A stretch of DNA of 64,000 bases from Monocercomonoides exilis PA203 (Eukaryota > Protista > Preaxostyla), in assembly GCA_001643675.2 (NCBI GenBank), contig LSRY02000045.1, forward strand, positions 186,001 through 250,000, written 5' to 3'. The first letter of the stretch is position 1, and each line of letters starts with the position of its first letter. The position numbers were made by a program, and so were the translations under genes. Under the pieces are notes generated by a model, which made no database searches, was not told where the DNA came from, and was given only the letters and a program-made list of their open reading frames with translations. Positions 12,119-23,910 of this stretch are shown here, in pieces.

Positions 12119-14571
12119 TATTTTTTTAAAAAATTACATTAATTTATGAAATATTATTATTATTATTTAATATTCAATGTTTCCATAAAAAGGAAATAAC
12201 TCTGAACACATTTGTCTTTTGTTTTTATATATTTTCGTAAAAGACAGTTATTTAAATAGCAACGGAACGTTTGTAACACTTGGCCAGAATATCGATTCTT
12301 CAGATAAATCTATTTTTCTTTTTTTTTCAATATTCAAACACTCTTAATTTTTCAGATGAGCATTTTCACCGTTTATTATTCAGAAGAAATACAAATGACA
12401 TATTTTCATTAAAAAATGTTCTTTAGACATTCGGTTTGTCGAATGAATGTTTTAAACAAAATAGGATTCGATATTCAATTTCTTTTCTCTTGAAGTGAAA
12501 GATAATTTGAAATTTGATTTTCTTGTAAATTAACAATTTTTTATTTTTTCAACAAAATCTATTGACACTTCACATGATAAAACTGTTATTGTCCATGTTG
12601 ATGATATATTTATTCAGAATTGATTTCTCACCTCTTGTCTTATTTGTTTGTTTGTTTGTTTGTTTCTTCAGTAATTTGATTGTCAAAAATCCAGTCTCTT
12701 TCAAATTATTATTGATCGTTTATCGTTGTCATCATTATCATTTGTTGATTTGAGATTTGGGTGATTCCTTTTTGACATCACACTTTTTCTATCATAAGAA
12801 TTCGTTTCGATAAATCAATTTGAAGAGCATGAAGATGAAACCAAGCAGAACTATTGATGAGTTTTTATTTGTTTTCAGATTGTTGTCTTTCAGTTATTTT
12901 CAATGATTCAATAACTGATCATTTCAATCCACTGAACATTTCATTGCAATCTGTTAGACCCAATGATAGAATGTTGGTTATTATTGGAGAACAGAATTTT
13001 CATTTTTGATTTCAAAAATACTCACCCATTTTCAAGAGTTAATCTCAAAACACAAATTCATTTTGACTTTTGTTTTGAAATTTGATGAGAATCATCAACT
13101 ATTTTGTATTCTTGTTTGCACCATGTTTCAACAGTTTTTTTTTCTTTATGAATGAACTGAAACATCTTTTTCAAAAAGAAAAATGTTCTTTTAAATATTT
13201 TCTAGATTGATCATTTAAATAAATTTTGAAACCATCTGAGTAGAAAACATATTTCATTTATTTTTTATGAAGAATTTTTTCATATATTGTCACAATAATT
13301 CTATGATACGCTTTTTGATGAACTTTCATTTGCATTGGTTAAAAATAAAACACATGTGAAATTTCGAGTGATGTTAATCGTTATTTCATATAAGTTTTTT
13401 TTTAATGAAATCAATATTCAAAAAAAAAATAAATGAAATATGTTTTCTACTCAGATGGTTTCAAAATTTATTTAAATGATCAATCTAGAAAATATTTAAA
13501 AGAACATTTTTCTTTTTGAAAAAGATGTTTCAGTTCATTCATAAAGAAAAAAAAACTGTTGAAACATGGTGCAAACAAGAATACAAAATAGTTGATGATT
13601 CTCATCAAATTTCAAAACAAAAGTCAAAATGAATTTGTGTTTTGAGATTAACTCTTGAAAATGGGTGAGTATTTTTGAAATCAAAAATGAAAATTCTGTT
13701 CTCCAATAATAACCAACATTCTATCATTGGGTCTAACAGATTGCAATGAAATGTTCAGTGGATTGAAATGATCAGTTATTGAATCATTGAAAATAACTGA
13801 AAGACAACAATCTGAAAACAAATAAAAACTCATCAATAGTTCTGCTTGGTTTCATCTTCATGCTCTTCAAATTGATTTATCGAAACGAATTCTTATGATA
13901 GAAAAAGTGTGATGTCAAAAAGGAATCACCCAAATCTCAAATCAACAAATGATAATGATGACAACGATAAACGATCAATAATAATTTGAAAGAGACTGGA
14001 TTTTTGACAATCAAATTACTGAAGAAACAAACAAACAAACAAACAAATAAGACAAGAGGTGAGAAATCAATTCTGAATAAATATATCATCAACATGGACA
14101 ATAACAGTTTTATCATGTGAAGTGTCAATAGATTTTGTTGAAAAAATAAAAAATTGTTAATTTACAAGAAAATCAAATTTCAAATTATCTTTCACTTCAA
14201 GAGAAAAGAAATTGAATATCGAATCCTATTTTGTTTAAAACATTCATTCGACAAACCGAATGTCTAAAGAACATTTTTTAATGAAAATATGTCATTTGTA
14301 TTTCTTCTGAATAATAAACGGTGAAAATGCTCATCTGAAAAATTAAGAGTGTTTGAATATTGAAAAAAAAAGAAAAATAGATTTATCTGAAGAATCGATA
14401 TTCTGGCCAAGTGTTACAAACGTTCCGTTGCTATTTAAATAACTGTCTTTTACGAAAATATATAAAAACAAAAGACAAATGTGTTCAGAGTTATTTCCTT
14501 TTTATGGAAACATTGAATATTAAATAATAATAATAATATTTCATAAATTAATGTAATTTTTTAAAAAAATA

Positions 14572-15275
14572 CACCAAAAATAATTCAAATTCGAAAAAAA
14601 ATAATTCAAATTCGAAAAAAAATAATTCGATTTCGGAATTAATAATTCAAAATCGAAAATTAATAATTCGAATTCGGAAATTAATAATTCAATTTCGAAA
14701 CGTAATTTTTTTTGATTTGTGGAGTGAATAACTTGTGTTTGGGGTTTTAAATTCTTTAAATTTTTATCTCATCAGCAAATTTTGTTTATCAATATTTGAA
14801 AAATGATGCATTTTCATAAAAAAATTTTCTTTCATTTTGAATGAAGATTTATTGATTGAAGTTAATTTGAAAAGGAAAGAAATACATTTTCATGTTTAAA
14901 ACCGATATTATTCAAAATTTTGCCAATGAAACAATCACATTATTGTGAAGAAATAATTCAATAATCGTGATTAAATTTTTTAAATTTTTATTTGGTTATT
15001 CAATAGAATAAATTTTTATTAAATTATTATTATTTGAGTGATGATTTTCGAAAATGAAAAAAAAAAATTGAAAAAATTGATTTATTGAATGTTGCAATAA
15101 AAAAAAAACAGTTTTCTATGAGTAATAGAATTTGATTGGTTAAAAAATAACTTGAACTTTTCTGAAATCCATTCTCGAGAAAAATTAAAAATTTCAGTTT
15201 TTAATGAATTTCGAAATTGAAATAATCATTTTCGAAATTGAATTATTCTTTTTCGAATTAGAATTATTTTTGGTG
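14572..15275. mobile_element. Mirror copy of the 704-bp MITE in the other arm of P1
   Basis: Exact mirror position of 11415-12118, with the same TIRs and TA flanks. Confidence 0.88.
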
Positions 15276-15709
15276 TATCAAATGAAAATGAAACGAGCCA
15301 ATGAAAATTATTCACGTAGAGTTGCTGCAAATATTCAACCAATACGCATTTCACATAATTCAATAAAAACAAAACACAAATGAACAAAAAAACGATTGTT
15401 GTTTATCAAAAATATCTTCATCATTTCATTCACTTTCATGTTACATAAATAAAAGCAAAACAATAATTTTGATTCCAAATGTGCCTTCAAAGGAAAGAAT
15501 GAACGTATCTTGGCCATTGGCATTTAGCTTTTGAAACTCTCTAATTTGCCTTGAATTGAAAGAATTAAAAAATACCACCAATGTGTTTCAACAACATCAA
15601 CTGCCTTATTATTTTAACAATAAAATCTTGACAAAAATGACAATTCATTCAACAACAATGATAAAAATAATAAATAAAAATAAAAAGAGAAGAAGATAAA
15701 GAAGATAAA

Positions 15710-15904
15710 GAAGAAGAAGAAGAAGAAGAAGAAGAAGAAGAAGAAGAAGAAGAAGAAGAAGAAGAAGAAGAAGAAGAAGAAGAAGAAGAAGAAGAAGAAG
15801 AAGAAGAAGAAGAAGAAGAAGAAGAAGAAGAAGAAGAAGAAGAAGAAGAAGAAGAAGAAGAAGAAGAAGAAGAAGAAGAAGAAGAAGAAGAAGAAGAAGA
15901 AGAA
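15710..15904. repeat. (GAA)65 microsatellite at the 5' end of copy B
   Basis: Direct reading; 75 nt longer than its mirror copy. Confidence 0.95.
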
Positions 15905-15983
15905 GGCATTTAAGGCGGGCGAGTCGCATTTCTCTTCTTTTTGCATTTTTTCAGATCCGTTCTTCTATTGCCCATCATATCCC

Positions 15984-17537
15984 TTGCATCGCGCTCTCTT
16001 TTTGTCTTTTCTAATATCTCAGTCATTGGCTGCCTCGAACACCTCATTTGCTGGATGCTATCGGTCTCAGAATGTTGTAGTCAATGGGAGTGAAGGGAAT
16101 CCGTCGAAGCCAGCGAGACAACAGATTACAGAAAATGGGACGAATTCATTCACTTGGTGCGAGTGGAATGAGTCAAAAGCAAATGGAACATCGACATCCA
16201 CCAGTAATGGTGCTTCAAATGGAGGGGCGATTTACATATACGGTCTGTCATCGGGAACACTTTCAGCGAAATTTTGTTCGTTCAATGATTGTTATGCGTA
16301 TGCTTATGGAGGAGGAATTATGTGTCATACAATTAATTCAATCAAGATCGAGAACAACTCATTCAATGCATGTACAGCAAAAAATTATTATGGAGGAGGG
16401 ATGTATGCTTATTCGATTTCGTCATGTGTCAGGGTCGGTGGTTGCGAATTTCAGAAATGTTCTGCAAAATATGATGGAGGAGGACTTTATCTCGATTATT
16501 TTAATATTTCTGGATCTTCCTGCATTGGAACAGAAAGCGGCAATGGAGAGAGTGCTTGTGTGTTTGAGTGCTCATTCACTTCGTGCTCTCTAACATATTC
16601 AAGTGGTGGAGGGATGTGCTGTTACAATGTTCCAGCAGCATTCAAAATGAGGAGCCTCCAATTTATTTCGTGCTCAGCAGTGTCATATGGCGGAGGATTG
16701 GATTTCAGGCCATATCAATCAGAAGCTCCAGGCGACAACATTTATTGCTATTTCTTCTTCTTCCATGATTGCAGTTGCAACGCTTCCACTCCATATGGCC
16801 ACGATGTGTATTTTGTAGATAATAAGAATCTCTTCTCATCGAACAATCCATTCCATGAATCGTACACAACGAATAGTGATGATAAAAGAGTGTGCCGTTA
16901 TTATTTATCAGGCACTTGGCAATATCAGCATACAGAAAAGAAGGGATGGTTGAAGGAAGGGATGAAGGATCGGTATGTTGGGGTGAGTGGAGATGACACA
17001 AACAATCTGTGTGGGATGAGCGAGTCTGCACCTTGCAAGACGGTGGGGCATGCAGTGAGTTCGAGCATGGCGCAGCTGAGCTCGACAATCACGTTGCTGA
17101 GTGGGAGGCATGCGAGTGAAGGTGCAACGATCAGTGTTGGGGAAAAGAAAATTTCAGTTGTTGGGAAAGGGAAGACAGTGAGTGTGATTGGGACGAGTGC
17201 GCTTTCTTCGCCTGCAACTACTCTGTTTAGCATATCATCTGGCCAACTGGAGGTGGGGCATGTGGGGATCGACCACAACGCGACAAGAAGCTCATCGCCG
17301 AGTGTGTTTGTGGTGTCTGTGGGGAGCGGGACTCTTTCACTGGAGGATGTTTTGATCAACTCTTCGACATCAGGAGGGAGTGGAATGACGAAGTGCGTGT
17401 TTGAAGTGGAGCTGAGGCAGCTGAAAACGATTGATGTGGAGATAGAAAATATGAAAGTGAGCCAACTTCTGTTTGTCGAACCATCATCAGTAGGATTGGC
17501 ATTGGGAGAAAATTATTTATTGTTTATTTTGTTTTGA
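15984..17537 (+). CDS. Copy B: same family; chimera of a short-type 5' part (identical to A) and a long-type 3' part (as in C)
   Basis: 517 codons. Identical to A up to about 17020 (NNLCGMSE), then carries the C-type tail ending VGLALGENYLLFILF. Confidence 0.78.
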   Translation: MHRALFLSFLISQSLAASNTSFAGCYRSQNVVVNGSEGNPSKPARQQITENGTNSFTWCEWNESKANGTSTSTSNGASNGGAIYIYGLSSGTLSAKFCSFNDCYAYAYGGGIMCHTINSIKIENNSFNACTAKNYYGGGMYAYSISSCVRVGGCEFQKCSAKYDGGGLYLDYFNISGSSCIGTESGNGESACVFECSFTSCSLTYSSGGGMCCYNVPAAFKMRSLQFISCSAVSYGGGLDFRPYQSEAPGDNIYCYFFFFHDCSCNASTPYGHDVYFVDNKNLFSSNNPFHESYTTNSDDKRVCRYYLSGTWQYQHTEKKGWLKEGMKDRYVGVSGDDTNNLCGMSESAPCKTVGHAVSSSMAQLSSTITLLSGRHASEGATISVGEKKISVVGKGKTVSVIGTSALSSPATTLFSISSGQLEVGHVGIDHNATRSSSPSVFVVSVGSGTLSLEDVLINSSTSGGSGMTKCVFEVELRQLKTIDVEIENMKVSQLLFVEPSSVGLALGENYLLFILF

Positions 17538-20500
17538 CTGCATAACGCGCTGACTGAAGAGAGAGAGAAAATAGAAATTCTGAGATTAACTTTTTTATTA
17601 TCTTTTTTGTTGAAATGACAAGCAATAAAAAATTATTTTATTAATCAAGAATGCGTAAACTTTACGAATTAGATTATTTTTTTATGAATATGATTTGTTG
17701 TAAAACTTTTGTAGAAGCATATAAAACGGAATAAATTAAAAAAAAAATGATAAAATTATTAATTATGAATGAATACAAATATCTGTTTTTTAACAAATTA
17801 TTCCAAAAAATGATATATTTTCGAGCGTTCTGCACATTAATTATTCTGAGTTTATGAAAATAACAGAAACATCGAAAAAGTTATAATTATTAAAAAAAAA
17901 AAAAGAATTTATCAACAATCACGATTTATCAGTCACTTTAGATTTCAATGACAATAAAATTATCATAGATTTATAAATGAGTTGCTTTTGTTTTCTGATA
18001 ATTGTGAATGATGAACACCACAGATAATCTTGTTTCAATGAGTGTATTATTGTGAAGTTATTTAATATATTCAAACTCTGAAAAACAAATTATTTTCATT
18101 TTTTATAAAAAAAATAATTTAAAAGATAAGAGAAGAAATTGTGTCAAATCATTTACAGGGATCTGTATAATTTTTATAATATTGTTCAAATAGAAATTTG
18201 TTCACAAATGGGTGATTATTCTTGAAATCAAACAATTTATCTGGGAGTGATATTTTCCATTATTTGCTTTTCAATGAAATTATTTGTGTTGAATTGAAAT
18301 TGACACAAAGAATGGTGATGAACAATAAATGTGATGTTTTCTCCTTTCAGAGAGTCAATTGATGTTGTTTTCCAAAAATCATTAAAAATCTGAATTGATT
18401 GACAGAACGTGTCTGATCTCAAAAAATAGAATAACTTTGAGTGGCATAATCATCAAAACAATGAATCATTGTTGGAATGGTTTCTATAATTTATCTTTTG
18501 AAAAAGACATTTCATCTTGAAACACTCATCTCTTGCTCATTTCTCAATGATTATTAGTTGTTGAGTCTTTTCATCTCAAACAAATATTTAGAAATATTTT
18601 TCTTCTTGATCCGTATTCCTTCTTTTCAGATGACTCAACTTTTGTTCAAAAAGCGGTGAATTGGGAAAGAATTGGAATGACAAACTGAAGGGGAAAGAGG
18701 GATGAGCATTATTCTTTTTGAAAAGAAACAAATATCCACTTAAATTTATAAAATGGGAGAAAATTTTAGAAAAATCACCACAGATCAAAAAAAAGATACC
18801 ATTATAATTTTATTCAAAATAATTTCTTCCTTCAAAATACTTCAAGTTACATTTTTCGATGAATAAATTTTCATTTGAATCCACCATGATTATGTTTGAA
18901 AACCGATATAAAAATGAAATTTTTGTTACATTTTTTGATCAAAATAAATTCTGTTTTTATTGAAACAAACGAATGCAAGAAGATATTGATTTTTGAAGAA
19001 AACCTGCTCATCGAATTTTCAAAGGACAGAGTGCTTTTCCAAAGAACTGCAATTAAAGTGTGTTTCTATTGATTCAAATTACTTATTTTTTGCATTTTGT
19101 TTATTTCAGATGGTTTGATTTATTTATCTTTGAACATTTGTCTTTATCATTAATTTTTATTGCATAAAAACAAACTTTAGTGATGAATTCAAGCATTTTC
19201 CACCAAAAATCTGCAAAGCAAACATGAAAATTTACAAAAACAATCAACTTGAAAGTTCGAATTAATCATCATCTTCTTCCTTTTCCTCATCGTCAATTTT
19301 TTATGAATGGAGTTGGCGGAGATTATTTGAGTGGTAGCAGAATTGGGTTTTGGCTATTTATTTTGTTTGAGAAAGCAGAAGATAAGCGAAGACGAGAAAG
19401 ATGAATTTTGTTGGCAGAAAGGAACGATATTTGGAGGAGAAGAAGAAAATCAGTGAAGAATGATCATCATTAAAAGAATAGGTTTGCCTTTTTTTATTAC
19501 GATTTTTCATATATTTTATTTTTTTTTTTATGAAACGAGGATTTTTTTTAACGAGTGTTCAATGCCAATGAATGAACAAGGAATATGGAAAGAAAGCATA
19601 TTTGGCGCCTTTAAGAAATCTGGAGATAATAATTGGAGGGCGTTTGCTGGAACGAGAAGGAACAAAAATTGAAGCGTATAGAAGAGAAGGCCTTTGATGG
19701 TTCTGGAAGACATATACGACGAATCTTGTTAAAAGCAAAAAGAGAGAGCAGAAAAATTGATGATGCAGCAGAAGAAGAAATTTGGCAAATGATTGAGAAG
19801 AAGCAGACCTTTTTAAGAAATATGAATGAAAGAGATAATTTGAATGAAAAGGAAGAAAAAAATGAAAAATGAAAATAGAAATTTGAGGGATGTTTGAAGA
19901 AGAGCAAAGAGAAAAAAGATAAAGAAAGAAAAAGAAGATGAATACAAAAAAGATGACAGCTGTGATGGAAATGACAATGCTTACATAAATGAACGTGGAG
20001 AAATCAAAGAAACAATTTCGCTCAATGCACACTCAATGTTCAGCAGCATGCTGTTGAAAACAATCTCTTTCAGATTGAACCAATTTTAGCTACACAAAAG
20101 AACATGACATAGATAAAACTATGCAAGATATCGGCTTCTTCCTCTCTCTCTATTCCAAACAATCGCCTTGTGAAGTTTCATTTCTGACTGCCCGTTACTC
20201 AGCGGAAATTTGAAATGAATGGCCCCTTCCACCTCGTTCATTCACAGCTGCAGTCCTACCAACTCCGCAGCCAGCCTCACTTTTTTGAACAGCGCCAGCC
20301 ACCTTTCTTTCTTCCTCATCTCCAACTGCACCGCATCCACCCGCCTTTTCACCCCTGCCTCCGCTGACGTCTGCGAAAGCACAAGCACCTGCTCATCCAG
20401 CTCCTTCACCTGAACAACCAGCCACTCCACCTTCTCTTCACACGACTCCTTCATTATCTTCTGCTCCTGCTTCTTTTTTAAGCAAGCTCCATCTGCTGGT

Positions 20501-23500
20501 TAACAATAACCTTCCTGAAAAGCACCTTCTGCACGCTTGTAGTCTGCTCCTGCATTATTACAGCGAAGTCAACATCGTTTCCCACTTCATTTTGCTAATC
20601 TTCTGCAGTTCAATTGCATCTGCTCTTCCACCACCGCAAACACTCTTTCCCTCGCCGATGTTTGCTCCTCCCACAACATTCACCTTGTCCCCAACTATCA
20701 CAACAACCTCATTTCCATTGATGTCCTGCCTAAGCATAAAAGCACTGCCATTACAGATTTTCGCTGCAAACTTCTCCTACACATTTTCACACAGACCCTG
20801 CAGCAGAATTACTGAAACAGAAGACTGAACCTCCCCACCTCCCGCAGATGACAACGAAGAAGGCGTGGCAAGCGATGCCCCTGCCCCTGACCCTGCTCCC
20901 TCGCTGTCCTCACTCACCACTCCGCCCTGCTGCGTCCGCCGCTTCTTCTCCTTCTCAATGCCCACATCAATCAGCTCCGCCTTCTCCTTCATCGTTGACA
21001 GCTTCTCATACAGCTCTTTCAACACTGCGTTGCACTTGTTGCTTTGCTTCAAAATCTTCTTCTTCTTTATCCGGACTATTTAATCTCACTCATACAGCTG
21101 CTCGACCAGCCAGCTCATTCCCTTCGCACAATAAAACTTCATCATCCATCCTCACCCACTCTTTTTCCAGCCACTTCCCCATAATCTCTCACGCTTCGCA
21201 TGCTGCAACACCCCGTCTGTCAATTTGTTGTTTTGTTTCACCACGTCATGCCTCAACAGCCTATGTCGAGGCACAAACAGCGTTTTTGCAGACGAGGGAA
21301 AAGAAGCATCATTCAGACTGAAGATCGAAGTGAAATCGTTCTCATCAACTGTTTTAAAAATCCATGTGATTCTTCGTCACTGCGGATAGCGACGTCTTAT
21401 CTACGAAATCGGATCCACCATCTGAATTAAAAGCATATCCCGCCAAATATCATTTCACTCGTGTGCGTGCACACCTATGCGGCAGATCATTTCTATTCTC
21501 AATAAAACCACGTTATTACTGTTGCTCTCAACTCAATAGTTTGTTTCAATTTGCATTCATTCCTTCAAATTCAAACATCATAATTATTAAGTTCCTTACA
21601 GAATCCTAATTTTATCTTTACCAAATTAATAACACTGGAATGATCAATGAATTTGAATTGTTGATTCAACACAAAAATAAAAATGAACTAAGTATTTCAA
21701 TTATTAAAAATATAACTGTTTTGCTTTTATATACGTTGATCATTAATTGTTTTTCATTAAATGTGCAAATTAGTTCTTTCCAAATCATTATTTTGTATTT
21801 TAGGATTCAGTGAAAGTGAAAATGTTGATTAATTGTTAAATCAAACATTTTAAAATATCCGAATATAAAGCTTAATGAAAATTAATTCATTTGCAAAATA
21901 AGATTTTATTGATAATTATTGTTATAACTCAAATAAAACATTAGTGAAACTTGCTTTATTGCAAAGGTTACAAAGTAAAATTAAAGATAAACTCATAACA
22001 GTTTTATTTCTTCAAATAACACAAATAAACATCAATTATTGAAATATATATATGATGTCAATAATAAAAATTGTTTTAAGAAAAATTTCAAACGCTTATG
22101 TTTGAAAAAAATGAGTGAATAAATTCAAAGAGAAATAATTACGGTAAACGAAAATTTTCTTTGTTTTTTTGTGGGATTGATCAGGCTAAAAAAAAGTGAC
22201 TTTTCAAAAATTTTCACCCAAATGTGAAATGATAATTTTTAATATTCATTGTTTCAAACTATTCAAATATCACAATTAATCAGCAAAAATATTCTATTAT
22301 TCCACATATGAAAATGATTTCATAACACATTTTCAAAATAGAAATGAACATTTGTTTCTTTTCAAAAAGAATAATGCTCATCCCTCTTTCCCCTTCAGTT
22401 TGTCATTCCAATTCTTTCCCAATTCACCGCTTTTTGAACAAAAGTTGAGTCATCTGAAAAGAAGGAATACGGATCAAGAAGAAAAATATTTCTAAATATT
22501 TGTTTGAGATGAAAAGACTCAACAACTAATAATCATTGAGAAATGAGCAAGAGATGAGTGTTTCAAGATGAAATGTCTTTTTCAAAAGATAAATTATAGA
22601 AACCATTCCAACAATGATTCATTGTTTTGATGATTATGCCACTCAAAGTTATTCTATTTTTTGAGATCAGACACGTTCTGTCAATCAATTCAGATTTTTA
22701 ATGATTTTTGGAAAACAACATCAATTGACTCTCTGAAAGGAGAAAACATCACATTTATTGTTCATCACCATTCTTTGTGTCAATTTCAATTCAACACAAA
22801 TAATTTCATTGAAAAGCAAATAATGGAAAATATCACTCCCAGATAAATTGTTTGATTTCAAGAATAATCACCCATTTGTGAACAAATTTCTATTTGAACA
22901 ATATTATAAAAATTATACAGATCCCTGTAAATGATTTGACACAATTTCTTCTCTTATCTTTTAAATTATTTTTTTTATAAAAAATGAAAATAATTTGTTT
23001 TTCAGAGTTTGAATATATTAAATAACTTCACAATAATACACTCATTGAAACAAGATTATCTGTGGTGTTCATCATTCACAATTATCAGAAAACAAAAGCA
23101 ACTCATTTATAAATCTATGATAATTTTATTGTCATTGAAATCTAAAGTGACTGATAAATCGTGATTGTTGATAAATTCTTTTTTTTTTTTTAATAATTAT
23201 AACTTTTTCGATGTTTCTGTTATTTTCATAAACTCAGAATAATTAATGTGCAGAACGCTCGAAAATATATCATTTTTTGGAATAATTTGTTAAAAAACAG
23301 ATATTTGTATTCATTCATAATTAATAATTTTATCATTTTTTTTTTTTAATTTATTCCGTTTTATATGCTTCTACAAAAGTTTTACAACAAATCATATTCA
23401 TAAAAAAATAATCTAATTCGTAAAGTTTACGCATTCTTGATTAATAAAATAATTTTTTATTGCTTGTCATTTCAACAAAAAAGATAATAAAAAAGTTAAT

Positions 23501-23910
23501 CTCAGAATTTCTATTTTCTCTCTCTCTTCAGTCAGCGCGTTATGCAGTCAAAACAAAATAAACAATAAATAATTTTCTCCCAATGCCAATCCTACTGATG
23601 ATGGTTCGACAAACAGAAGTTGGCTCACTTTCATATTTTCTATCTCCACATCAATCGTTTTCAGCTGCCTCAGCTCCACTTCAAACACGCACTTCGTCAT
23701 TCCACTCCCTCCTGATGTCGAAGAGTTGATCAAAACATCCTCCAGTGAAAGAGTCCCGCTCCCCACAGACACCACAAACACACTCGGCGATGAGCTTCTT
23801 GTCGCGTTGTGGTCGATCCCCACATGCCCCACCTCCAGTTGGCCAGATGATATGCTAAACAGAGTAGTTGCAGGCGAAGAAAGCGCACTCGTCCCAATCA
23901 CACTCACTGT
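17175..23910. repeat. Palindrome P2 (tail-to-tail): arms about 17175-18733 and 22350-23910, 3.6 kb spacer
   Basis: Mirrored ORFs 18237-18422/22661-22846 and mirrored 3' ends of B and C (sum about 41083-41085). Confidence 0.93.
18755..22219. mobile_element. About 3.47 kb non-autonomous TIR insertion with AAAT target duplication in the P2 loop, carrying gene fragments
   Basis: AAAT|GGGAGAAAATTTTAGAAAAATCAC ... GTGACTTTTCAAAAATTTTCACCC|AAAT (21/24 inverted match). The homologous P4 loop near 51685 lacks the insert. Confidence 0.65.

Larger units (their letters stand above)
9745..17020. repeat. Palindrome P1 (head-to-head): arms 9745-13266 and 13424-17020, loop 13267-13423
   Basis: Mirrored identical ORFs (11167-11355/15335-15523; 12562-12753/13937-14128). 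Coordinate sum is 26690, or 26765 beyond the GAA tract. Confidence 0.95.

Noticed and set aside
22350-23000. AT-rich arm sequence as a hidden gene under an alternative genetic code
   Set aside because: Stops of several types occur and the readable stretches shift frame. The long family ORFs read normally in the standard code.
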